DNA of 64,000 nucleotides from Dehalococcoidia bacterium. Lineage in GTDB: Bacteria; Chloroflexota; Dehalococcoidia; Bin125. A program made the translations under genes and the position numbers. The notes beneath the pieces are model-generated. The model saw only the letters and a program-made list of their open reading frames with translations, ran no database searches and was not told the origin of the DNA. The stretch is taken from positions 192,001 through 256,000 of the forward strand of contig CAXXNO010000012.1 of the NCBI GenBank assembly GCA_963663235.2, given 5' to 3'. Positions 28,020-36,797 of this stretch are shown piece after piece (the stretch's first letter is position 1; each line of letters opens with the position of its first letter).

Positions 28020-28607
28020 ATGCCGTACCCCGTGGATCTCGAGGTCGGTTACCCAGATCAGATGTCCCGCCTGCTCTGGCTGGTGAAGGGGTGGCTGGTC
28101 ATCCCCCACTGGATCGTCCTGGTGCTGTTTGGCTTCGTGGTCGCGCTGGCGACCTGGGTGGCGATGTTTGCCATCCTGTTCACCGGCCGCTACCCGAAGT
28201 CGATCTTCGACCTCGTCGCCAGCTACGCCCGCTGGAACGGGCGAGTGATGGCCTATGGGGCACTGCTGCGCGACGAGTATCCGCCGTTCTCCGGGGATGA
28301 GGAGCCGGGCTATCCGGTCCGCCTCACGCTGGAGGAGCCCGAGCACCTCTCGCGCTGGTTGTGGCTGGTGAAGGGGTTTCTCGCCATCCCGCACGGCATC
28401 GCGCTCATGTTCTATGCGATCGCGGTCATGTTCGTCCTGGTCTTCGTTGGCTGGGTCATTCTCTTCACGGGGCGGTTCCCGCGCGGCCTGTTCGACTTCG
28501 TGGTCGGGTACCAGCGCTGGACTCTGCGGGTCAACGCCTATGCGCAGTGGCAGATCACGGACCAGTACCCGCCGTTCTCCGGCAAGCCGTCGCGGGAGAT
28601 TCCGTAG
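28020..28607 (+). CDS. DUF4389 domain membrane protein (tandem repeat)
   Basis: Two copies of KGxLxIPH...ILFTGRxP...YPPFS. Confidence 0.88.
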   Translation: MPYPVDLEVGYPDQMSRLLWLVKGWLVIPHWIVLVLFGFVVALATWVAMFAILFTGRYPKSIFDLVASYARWNGRVMAYGALLRDEYPPFSGDEEPGYPVRLTLEEPEHLSRWLWLVKGFLAIPHGIALMFYAIAVMFVLVFVGWVILFTGRFPRGLFDFVVGYQRWTLRVNAYAQWQITDQYPPFSGKPSREIP

Positions 28608-28621
28608 GCCCCCAGACACGC

Positions 28622-28650
28622 CGAGCCCCGGGATCCGGTCCCGGGGCTCG
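28622..28650. terminator. Hairpin between convergent genes
   Basis: CGAGCCCCGGGA-TCCGG-TCCCGGGGCTCG, 12-bp stem, no U tract. Confidence 0.5.
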
Positions 28651-28708
28651 AACGTCGCTGCGTGAGGGATGAGGGTCGGCGGCTCTACCTCACGCCTAAT
28701 GCGCTCAA

Positions 28709-31603
28709 CTAACTGCAGCCGCTCGTCGCGCCGCAGTTCAGGCAGGCGAAGCAACTGCCGTTGCGCACCATGACCTGCCCGCAGTCCGGACAGGGGGGCG
28801 CGTCCAAGTCGCTGCGCGGCGGCAGATCCTGTGCTCCGCTGATGCGGGGGTAGGTGCTGAGGAAATCAGGGACCGCCGCTTCGCCGCCGGGCTCCGCTCG
28901 CGGCGCGTCCGAGGGCTTGTCGTGCAGCGGGAGCGGCGCTTGGGCCGCTGCGGCGTCCTTGCGCTCCGCGGACAGATAGCGCAGCCCCATCCAGCGGAAG
29001 ACGTAATCCAGGATCGAATCGGCGTGGCCGATCTGCGAGTTGCGGGTCCAACCGCTGGGCTCAAAGCGGCTGTGGCTGAACTTGCGCACCAGCGTCTCCA
29101 GCGGCACGCCGGACTGCAGCGCCACGCTGGTCAGAGCGCCCACCGTGTCCATCAGTCCGGAGACGGTGGAGCCCTGCTTGGAGATGTGGACGAAGACCTC
29201 GCCCGGATGGCCGTCGTCGTACTGGCCCACGGTGAGGTAGCCCTCGTGCTCGCCGATGCTGAACTTGTGCGTGACGGCGTTGCGATCGTCGGGCAGGCGA
29301 TGCCGGCGATAGGCGGGCGGGCCGGCGGCGCTATCGATCACGGTGGGCTCGTCGGATGAGGAGGTCATCCGGCCGTCCGGGGGAGAGGTGGAGGCGGAGC
29401 CGTCAACCTTGGCTCCATCCTTGCGCTCCACGGTCTCCAGCGGCTGGATGCGCTTGGAGTTGTCGCGGTAGATGGCGATGGCCTTGAGGCCCAGCTTCCA
29501 GGACTGGATGTAGGTCTCCATGATCTCCTCGACGGTGGCCTCTTCGGGCACGTTCACCGTCTTGGAGATGGCGCCGGAGAGGAACGGCTGCACCGCGCCC
29601 ATCATGCGGACGTGGCCCATGGAGGCGATGGTGCGAGCGCCGTTGGCGGGCTTGAAGGCGCAGTCGAAGACGGGGAGGTCGGCGTCGCGCAGGCCGGGAG
29701 CGCCCTCGATGGTGCCGTGCTCGTCGATGAACGCCGCGATCTCTTCGCTGTCGCTGTCGTCGTAGCCCAGCCGGGCGAGCGCGACGGGGACCGTCTTGTT
29801 GACGATCTTGAGGTAGCCCCCGCCGGAGAGGTTCTTGTATTTGACCAGGGCGATGTCCGGCTCGATGCCGGTGGTGTCGCAGTCCATCATGAAGGCGATG
29901 GTGCCCGTGGGCGCCAGCACCGTGACCTGCGCGTTGCGGTACCCGTAGAGCAGCCCCAGGCGCAGCACCTCGTCCCAGGCGTCCTGCGCGGCGGCGCCGA
30001 GGTCGGGGGGGACTGTGTCCAGTCCCTCGATGCGGCCGACGTGCTCTCGGTGCTTCTTGATGACGCGCAGGAACGGCTCGCGGTTGCTCTGGTAGGCCAC
30101 GAAGGGGCCGAGCCGCTCGGCCACGCGCGCGGACTGGGCGTAGGCCTCGCCGGTCATGACGGCCGTCAGCGTGGCGGCCATGGCCCGCCCCTCCACCGAG
30201 TCGTAGGCCAGGCCACGCGCCATCAGCAACGCGCCGAGGTTGGCGTAGCCCAGGCCCAGCGGCCGGAAATTGCTGCTGTTCTCCGCGATCTTCGCGGAGG
30301 GGTAGGACGCGTTATCGACGACGATCTCCTGCGCCGTGATCAGGATCCGGCAGGCGTGCCGGTAGGCGGGGACATCAAACGTATGCGTGTTGAGGTCGTA
30401 GAACTTGAGCAGGTTGAGCGAGGACAGATTGCAGGCCGTGTCGTTGAGGAACATGTACTCGGAGCAGGGGTTGCTGGCGTGGATGCGGTCCGAGTTGGCG
30501 CAGGGGTTCCAGTCGTTGATGGTGGTGTCGAACTGGAGGCCGGGATCGCCGCAGGTATGGGTCGCTTGCGCAACCTCGCGGAGGGCATCGCGGGCGCGGA
30601 TCTCCTGCATACGCTCGCCGGTGGTCACGGCGCGGGTCCAGTACGTGGCGTCGGTCTCCACGGTGCGCATGAATTCGTCGTTCACGCGCACGCTGTGATT
30701 GGCGTTCTGAAACGAGACCGAGGAGTAGGCGGCCCCGTTGAGGGAGCCGTCGTAGCCGCTATCGATGAGCGCCCAGGCTTTCCGCTCCTCCTCGGCCTTG
30801 CAGCGGATGAACTCCATGACGTCGGGGTGGTCGGCGTCCAGGATGACCATCTTGGCCGCGCGGCGGGTCTTGCCGCCGGACTTGATCACGTTGGCGAAGG
30901 CGTCGTAGCCGCGCATGAAGGAGACCGGGCCGGAGGGCACGCCGCCGCCGGTCAGCTTCTCGCGGCGGGAGCGGAGGCTGGAGAGGTTCGTGCCGGTGCC
31001 GCTGCCCCATTTGAAGAGCAGCGCCTCCCGCGTGGCGAGATCCATGATCGACTCCATGGTGTCGTCGACCGAGTTGATGAAGCAGGCCGAGCACTGCGGC
31101 TTCTCCACCACGCCCACGTTGAACCACACGGGGCTGTTGAAGGCGGCGAACTGGTTGACCAGGAGGAAGCGCAGCTCCTGCTCGAAGCATTCGCCCTCCG
31201 CCTCCGAGCGGAAGTAGCCGCCCTCGCGGCCCCAGCGCGCGATGGTGACGGCGACGCGGTCGACGAGCTGGCGCACGGAGGTCTCGCGCTCCGGGCCCCG
31301 GACATCGCCGTAGAAGTACTTGGAGACCACGATGTTGGTGGCGTTCTGCGACCAGAACGCGGGCACCTCCGCGTCCTTCTGCTCGAACAGCACCGCACCG
31401 CCGTCCGAGGTGATGGTGGCGGTGCGATACTCCCAAGAGATGTCGTCGTACGGGTGCCGGTCGGCGCTGGTGAACAAGCGGTCGATGAGGGGAGGCTCAT
31501 CGCTCACGCGGCCGGCCGCTTGCGGCGTGGCACTCTCCACAGCCATCGGAGCCGACGTCTGCTCGGTCAACGTGGCGGGAGCGTTCTCAGGCTGCTCGAT
31601 CAT
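28709..31603 (-). CDS. nrdJ: Class II (B12-dependent) ribonucleotide reductase with TSCPD domain
   Basis: FNSPVWFN, QCSACFI, ASNPCSEY, APTGTIAF, C-terminal CPDCG...CLNCGATSGCS. Confidence 0.96.
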   Translation of the reverse strand: MIEQPENAPATLTEQTSAPMAVESATPQAAGRVSDEPPLIDRLFTSADRHPYDDISWEYRTATITSDGGAVLFEQKDAEVPAFWSQNATNIVVSKYFYGDVRGPERETSVRQLVDRVAVTIARWGREGGYFRSEAEGECFEQELRFLLVNQFAAFNSPVWFNVGVVEKPQCSACFINSVDDTMESIMDLATREALLFKWGSGTGTNLSSLRSRREKLTGGGVPSGPVSFMRGYDAFANVIKSGGKTRRAAKMVILDADHPDVMEFIRCKAEEERKAWALIDSGYDGSLNGAAYSSVSFQNANHSVRVNDEFMRTVETDATYWTRAVTTGERMQEIRARDALREVAQATHTCGDPGLQFDTTINDWNPCANSDRIHASNPCSEYMFLNDTACNLSSLNLLKFYDLNTHTFDVPAYRHACRILITAQEIVVDNASYPSAKIAENSSNFRPLGLGYANLGALLMARGLAYDSVEGRAMAATLTAVMTGEAYAQSARVAERLGPFVAYQSNREPFLRVIKKHREHVGRIEGLDTVPPDLGAAAQDAWDEVLRLGLLYGYRNAQVTVLAPTGTIAFMMDCDTTGIEPDIALVKYKNLSGGGYLKIVNKTVPVALARLGYDDSDSEEIAAFIDEHGTIEGAPGLRDADLPVFDCAFKPANGARTIASMGHVRMMGAVQPFLSGAISKTVNVPEEATVEEIMETYIQSWKLGLKAIAIYRDNSKRIQPLETVERKDGAKVDGSASTSPPDGRMTSSSDEPTVIDSAAGPPAYRRHRLPDDRNAVTHKFSIGEHEGYLTVGQYDDGHPGEVFVHISKQGSTVSGLMDTVGALTSVALQSGVPLETLVRKFSHSRFEPSGWTRNSQIGHADSILDYVFRWMGLRYLSAERKDAAAAQAPLPLHDKPSDAPRAEPGGEAAVPDFLSTYPRISGAQDLPPRSDLDAPPCPDCGQVMVRNGSCFACLNCGATSGCS

Positions 31604-31782
31604 GGCGCGACTTCGCTTTCCTTATGCCCTGCGCACTCCGCACAAACGCTGAGTAGGCGCATTGCGGCGCCCGACCTAGAACAAATGTGTCATTATGTCG
31701 CTTACGCACAAGGGCTACAACCCTTGAACAATTATGCGGACAGGTACGCACAATGGCATAGCTAGCGTCGTTGTCAACCCCT

Positions 31783-31798
31783 CCGCTACATATTGCGG
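31783..31798. promoter_or_regulatory. NrdR box
   Basis: CCGCTACATATTGCGG fits the acaCwAtATaTwGtgt consensus and lies upstream of nrdJ. Confidence 0.72.
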
Positions 31799-31912
31799 CA
31801 ACTCCTATTGGGAGGATTGGGCGCTGCGCCGGTTTGGTCCCGGTGCGGCAGCGTCTCGACCATCGCGCAGCGGATATGAGTGAGACCGTCCCACCGTGAA
31901 GCAAGCAACGCG

Positions 31913-32917
31913 ATGAACGTTTCCCTCCCACCCCTCGTGCCGACCGGCGCCGGCTCGACATCCCACACCGACCCCGACGCCGCCGCAGAGGACGTCCTGC
32001 GCCACTACCCGCGGCTGCCGTTCTGGCCGCAGCTGCCGAATCGGGCCGAGGCGGAGCAGATGATCCCGCAGGTGGGGCTCAGCCTCCCGGACGGGCGCTG
32101 GGACGGCCGCACGCTGACCTGGAGCGAGCAACTGAGCGACGCCGCGCTGGAGCGTGCCGGCCTCCTCCCGCCGGACCGGGCGGCGGGGCTGCACGCGCTC
32201 CTCGCCCGCCTGGACGCCACGCCGCCGGATGCACGGCCGCGCGTCGTCAAAGGGCAGCTGGCCGGCCCCCTGACGCTGGCGTCTTTACTCAGGGGTCCCA
32301 ACGGCCGGCCCTCTACCGGCGACGCCGAACGGACGCGCTGGCTGGGGGCGTTCGTGGGGCGCATGGGGGCGGCGCAGGCGCGCGAGTTCACGCGGCGGGG
32401 GCTGCCCTCGCTCATCCTCTTCGACGAGCCCCTCCTGGGCGCCGTTGATGCGGCGGCTTGGCGCGACGCCATCGCCGCGCTGGAAGCAGCCTTCGCGCCC
32501 GTGCGCGCGGAAGGGGCGCTGGTCGGGATCCACTGCTGCGCGACGCCCGACTGGACCCGAGCGCTCGAGAGCCGGCCGGACCTGGTCCACTTCGACGCCA
32601 CGCCCGGGCACGCCGACGCGGCGCTGGCGCACGCGCCGGCGCTGCGCGCGCACCTGGCGCGGGGCGGCTACCTGGGGTGGGGAATCTGGCCCACCGACGA
32701 CGTGTCGCCGCCGTACGACGCGGCCGCCGCCGAACGCAGCCTCGCGGCGGCCGTGCGCACCCTGGCCACGGACGCCGTCGGGCCGCAGCAGATCGTGACG
32801 CGTTCGATCGTCAGCGGCGTTTGCGGCGCGGCCGGCCTCGGCGTCGAGACCGCGGGGCGGATGGCGGCGGATCTGGAGGCGCTCTCGTCCGCGGTGCGCG
32901 ATCGGATCAGGAGTTGA
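31913..32917 (+). CDS. Cobalamin-independent methionine synthase (core MetE)-like protein
   Basis: TGAGS, PFWPQLP, KGQLAGPLT, FDEP, GIHCCA, LGWGIWPT, CG near the C-terminus. Confidence 0.75.
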   Translation: MNVSLPPLVPTGAGSTSHTDPDAAAEDVLRHYPRLPFWPQLPNRAEAEQMIPQVGLSLPDGRWDGRTLTWSEQLSDAALERAGLLPPDRAAGLHALLARLDATPPDARPRVVKGQLAGPLTLASLLRGPNGRPSTGDAERTRWLGAFVGRMGAAQAREFTRRGLPSLILFDEPLLGAVDAAAWRDAIAALEAAFAPVRAEGALVGIHCCATPDWTRALESRPDLVHFDATPGHADAALAHAPALRAHLARGGYLGWGIWPTDDVSPPYDAAAAERSLAAAVRTLATDAVGPQQIVTRSIVSGVCGAAGLGVETAGRMAADLEALSSAVRDRIRS

Positions 32918-34133
32918 GCCAGGCCAAGGGATCGACCGGGACGCCGCCCATGATGATCTCGAAGTGCAGGTGCGGCCCTGTCGAGTATCCGGTACTGCCG
33001 ACGAAGCCGAGGAGGGTACCGGGATCCACGAATGCGCCCAGGAACACGTCGATGGCGCTGAGATGCGCGTAGCGCGTGATCACGCCGCCACCATGATCCA
33101 CCAGCACGCTCAAGCCGAAGGAGCCGGCCCAGCCCGCCTGGATCACCGTCCCCGGCGCCGCCGCGCCCACGAAGGTGCCGGTGGGGGCGGAGAGGTCGAT
33201 GCCCGTGTGGTAGCCGAAGCGATTGCCCCGGCCGCTTCCAAAGAAATCGACCAGCACCCCGCCGAGCGGCCAGCGGAAGTCGGGGATGGCGAAGACCGGG
33301 CCGGCGGCGCCGACCACCAAGGAGGCGCTGCCGGCCACCAGCAGGATCGTGTTGCCCTCCACCAGATCGTTGGCGCTGCGGAGCGCGTTGCCCGGGAAGG
33401 CCACCGTGGCCTCCAGGTCCGCGGCGAAGTTGTCGATGACGTCGGTCAGCGTGTCGCCCAGTCGCACGGTGTAGACGACACCGTCGCGGGTGGGGACGGT
33501 CATTTGCGCGCCCGGCTCTAGGTGGTCCGGGTCCCGGATCTCCCAGTTGTTGAAGAGGATCGACTCGGGCTGGATGCGGAAGCGTCGCGCCAGTTTCTCC
33601 ACCGAGTCACCCCGCTGGATCTCGTAGGTGAAGAAGGACGGGAGGGCCGCGCCGGGCGGCAGGCCGAGCCGCGCCAGGAGGACGGCGTCGCTCGTGACAT
33701 CATCCTCGAAGGACGGCAGCGCCACGCGGACCAACTGGGGCGACATGGCGACCGCGAGCGCCGCCTGCACCTGCTCCGGCGAGGTGAGCGGCAGCGCCAC
33801 CGCAGAGGGGGCCGTAAGGAGATCGGCGATCAGGTGGGTCGCGTAGCGACGCGCCGCCTCTTCGCCCGGGATCGCATCCCCGAGCTCGGCCAGGGTCCGC
33901 GGCGCGCCGCTGCCAATACCGGGCAGCGCGACTTGCAAGGTGATTTGCGGCTCGCCCACGAGACTGGAGGCCTCTTCGCCGTCCGAGCGCACGACGGCCA
34001 CAAGCGCAGCCACGAGCGCGGCGACCGCCAGTGACACGAGCGACGCACGCTGGAGCCAGCGGGCCGGCGGCGGCCCCGGAGCCAATGGACGCCTTCCGAA
34101 CGCGCCATCCGCGCGGGCTGTTCGACCAGTCAC
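32907..34133 (-). CDS. LysM-domain M23 metallopeptidase
   Basis: TM anchor, two LysM repeats, HTGID, YAHL, STGPHLHFE. Confidence 0.92.
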   Translation of the reverse strand: MTGRTARADGAFGRRPLAPGPPPARWLQRASLVSLAVAALVAALVAVVRSDGEEASSLVGEPQITLQVALPGIGSGAPRTLAELGDAIPGEEAARRYATHLIADLLTAPSAVALPLTSPEQVQAALAVAMSPQLVRVALPSFEDDVTSDAVLLARLGLPPGAALPSFFTYEIQRGDSVEKLARRFRIQPESILFNNWEIRDPDHLEPGAQMTVPTRDGVVYTVRLGDTLTDVIDNFAADLEATVAFPGNALRSANDLVEGNTILLVAGSASLVVGAAGPVFAIPDFRWPLGGVLVDFFGSGRGNRFGYHTGIDLSAPTGTFVGAAAPGTVIQAGWAGSFGLSVLVDHGGGVITRYAHLSAIDVFLGAFVDPGTLLGFVGSTGYSTGPHLHFEIIMGGVPVDPLAWLNS

Positions 34134-34252
34134 GCTCCGCCTCAGTCTCGGCCCAGCCGCCCGCCAGTGATCTTTGTGCAGTTCGATGTGCGGGTCAAAT
34201 GGCCCGCCACATCTTACCGCCCACGCCAGACGGCGCCGGCCGGAGGCTCATT

Positions 34253-34268
34253 TGTAAAGGGTGTTACA
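34253..34268. promoter_or_regulatory. Palindromic transcription-factor site
   Basis: TGTAA-AGGGTG-TTACA in an AT-rich patch. Confidence 0.45.
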
Positions 34269-34283
34269 TTTGTCCCGCAAGGA

Positions 34284-34601
34284 TCCGGAAGGAGGGTAGT
34301 GGATGCTTCGAGTCGCGATTCACGCTCTCTTCGGAGTATGGCAGGTCGATTGATCAGCCCTCCGGTCCGGAGGGCTGCGTGCGAAACGCACGGAAGGCCG
34401 GATCTCCCCGTTAGCCGCGATTCGTGCGCCAATTCTCCGGCAAGCCGGAGTGGGCGATGAGCGAAGGCTCCCGAGTCACGGGGACGGGATGGAGCCGGTT
34501 GATAACCAGTAAAGACCAAGGAACCAGGGGCCGGCGGTAACGCGTTGGTGCTCCTGCTCTCTCAAAGAGGAAAACGCCCCCGCGCTGCGGGGGCGTTTTT
34601 T
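34284..34601 (+). other. Candidate structured RNA or micro-ORF unit
   Basis: Series of strong hairpins and two RBS-preceded micro-ORFs ending at an intrinsic terminator. Confidence 0.35.
34571..34601 (+). terminator. Intrinsic terminator
   Basis: AAAACGCCCCCGC-GCT-GCGGGGGCG-TTTTTT. Confidence 0.85.
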
Positions 34602-34664
34602 GCGCCGCTTCCTTCCGTTGTCAAGGGAACACACGCGCCCTAGGCTGCCGCAGAGGAGTGACCG

Positions 34665-35486
34665 GTGGGCGACGAGCACAGCGCCGTTCCGGCCCCAATA
34701 GACGCCGACCCACTGGCCGAGTTGGTTGAGCAGGCCAGCGAGATCTTGGCGCGCGCCCGCTACTGCATCGCGCTGACGGGCGCCGGGATCAGCGCCGAGA
34801 GCGGCATCCCCACCTTCCGAGGCAAGGATGGCCTCTGGACCCGGAACGGCGAGCCGCCGCTCAATCAGTATCAGCGGTTCCTCGCCGACCCGGCGGCCTG
34901 GTGGGAGACCATGCGGGAACGGCGGCAGACCCCGGACGAACTGACCGCCACGCTCCAAGAAGCCGTGCCCAACGACGGTCACTTCAGCCTGGCGGAGCTG
35001 GAGCGCCTGGGCGTGCTGCGGCACACCATCACGCAGAACATCGACAACCTGCACCGGCTCGCCGGCAGCCGGCGGCTCACCGAGATCCACGGCAACCGCT
35101 CCTTCTTGCGCTGCACCGGCTGTAACGCCCGCTCAGCACTGGACGATCTCCCGGAAGGGGCCAGCCCCCGTTGCGACGCCTGCGGCGGCCTGCTGAAGAG
35201 CGACACCGTGATGTTCGGCGAGCCCATCCCCCGTGACACCCTGGCCTCCTGCATGAGCGAAGCCGAGCAGGCGGATTGCATGCTGCTCGTCGGCACCACG
35301 GCTGTCGTAACCCCGGCGGCGGATTTCGCCTGGGAGATCTACCAGCGCGGCCATCCGCTCATTGAGGTCAACCCGGAGCCAACAGTGATCACCGATCACT
35401 GCGCCGTGAGCATGCGCGCCGCCGCGGGCGAAGCGCTGCCGCGGATTGTGGACCTCCTCAAGCGACGGCTGAAGGACACCGGATGA
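34665..35486 (+). CDS. cobB: NAD-dependent protein deacylase (Sir2 family)
   Basis: TGAGISAESGIPTFRG, ITQNIDNLH, EIHG, two CxxC, VMFGE. Confidence 0.92.
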   Translation: MGDEHSAVPAPIDADPLAELVEQASEILARARYCIALTGAGISAESGIPTFRGKDGLWTRNGEPPLNQYQRFLADPAAWWETMRERRQTPDELTATLQEAVPNDGHFSLAELERLGVLRHTITQNIDNLHRLAGSRRLTEIHGNRSFLRCTGCNARSALDDLPEGASPRCDACGGLLKSDTVMFGEPIPRDTLASCMSEAEQADCMLLVGTTAVVTPAADFAWEIYQRGHPLIEVNPEPTVITDHCAVSMRAAAGEALPRIVDLLKRRLKDTG

Positions 35487-36790
35487 CGGGCGCGCCCGAC
35501 GTCAACTGGGACGACGTCCAGGCCGAGGTCGTCGCGACGCTGCGCGAGTACATCCGCATCGACACCAGCAACCCACCCGGACGCGAGGAGACGGCGGCTC
35601 GCTTCCTGGGCGCCATCCTGGAGCGGGAGGGGATCGCGCCCGAGTACTTCGAGGCCGGTGAGGGCCGCACTTCGCTGCGGGCCGTGCTCAAGGGCGACGG
35701 CCGCAAGGCGCCGGTCATGCTGCTCAACCACACCGACGTCGTGCCCGCCGAGGCGGCGTACTGGCAGGTCCCCCCCTTCGAGGGCGTGCTGAAAGACGGG
35801 TGTGTCTGGGGACGCGGCGCCATCGACATGAAGGGCATGGGGGTGCTGGAGCTCCTCACACTGCTGCTCTTCAAACGGCTCGGCCTGACGCCCAGTCGCG
35901 ACCTGATCTTTCTCGCCGTGGCCGACGAAGAGACCGGCGGGTCGATGGGGATCGAGTTCCTGGACCGCCGCCATCCCGCCCTCCTCCGCGATGCCGAGTA
36001 CTGCCTCAACGAAGGCGGGCTGGCCACGTTCCAGTTCCTGGGCGCCCGCCGTCCGGTCTTTGTCTGTAGCCCGGCCGAAAAGGGGCCGCTCTGGCTGCGC
36101 CTGCGGGCGCACGGGGCGCCCGGACACGGGTCCATCCCCCACAACCAGAACGCCGCCGTGCGCCTGGTGCGCGCCCTGGACGCCATCGAGGGCTGGGAAC
36201 GCGCCGTCACTGTGCAGCCCCTCACCCAAGCCATGCTCGACGGGCTGCGCGCCGGCCAAGCCTGGCCCGACCCGCCGCCCTCCGTGGAGCAACTCTGCGC
36301 CGAGCACGCCGCCTTCCGCGCCATGGTCACCAACACGATCTCGCTCACCACGCTCAGCGCCGGCGTCAAGCACAACGTCATCCCGGCCAGCGCAGAGGCC
36401 ACGCTGGACTGTCGCCTGCTCCCGGGCGCATCGCAGGACGCGTTTCTGCGGGAGATCCGCGAAATCATCGACGACCCGGACGTCGAGCTGGAGGTCGTCT
36501 TTCAATCGGAGTCGGGCCTCTCCGACTGGCGCACCGAGCTGGTGTCGATCATCCAAGAGGTGGTGACGGAGGAGGTGGAGGACGCGCTGGTGCTGCCGGT
36601 GACCTCAATGGGCTTCACGGACTCGCGCGTGCTGCGTCGGCGGGGGGTGCAGGCCTACGGCTTCATCCCCGCCATGATGGACGCCAGCCTGGCGAAGGGG
36701 ATCCACGGCCACGACGAACGGATCCCCGTCTCCGGCCTGGGCAGCGGTGTGCGCATCCTCTTCGAGGTGGTCCGACGCCTGACGGCCTGA
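35483..36790 (+). CDS. M20/M25/M40 family metallo-hydrolase
   Basis: NHTDVVP, GRGAIDMKG, ADEETGG, GHGS, HGHDER. Confidence 0.92.
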   Translation: MTGAPDVNWDDVQAEVVATLREYIRIDTSNPPGREETAARFLGAILEREGIAPEYFEAGEGRTSLRAVLKGDGRKAPVMLLNHTDVVPAEAAYWQVPPFEGVLKDGCVWGRGAIDMKGMGVLELLTLLLFKRLGLTPSRDLIFLAVADEETGGSMGIEFLDRRHPALLRDAEYCLNEGGLATFQFLGARRPVFVCSPAEKGPLWLRLRAHGAPGHGSIPHNQNAAVRLVRALDAIEGWERAVTVQPLTQAMLDGLRAGQAWPDPPPSVEQLCAEHAAFRAMVTNTISLTTLSAGVKHNVIPASAEATLDCRLLPGASQDAFLREIREIIDDPDVELEVVFQSESGLSDWRTELVSIIQEVVTEEVEDALVLPVTSMGFTDSRVLRRRGVQAYGFIPAMMDASLAKGIHGHDERIPVSGLGSGVRILFEVVRRLTA

Positions 36791-36797
36791 GCGTCCG

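Noticed and set aside
34530-34601. T-box antiterminator (GGCGGTAACGCG before the terminator)
   Set aside because: The bulge has CGG rather than UGG, no Stem I motifs are visible and the downstream gene is a sirtuin.
34603-34620. SRP-like CGGAAGGAAGCGGC on the minus strand
   Set aside because: Lacks the upstream CAGG and the paired stem of SRP helix 8.
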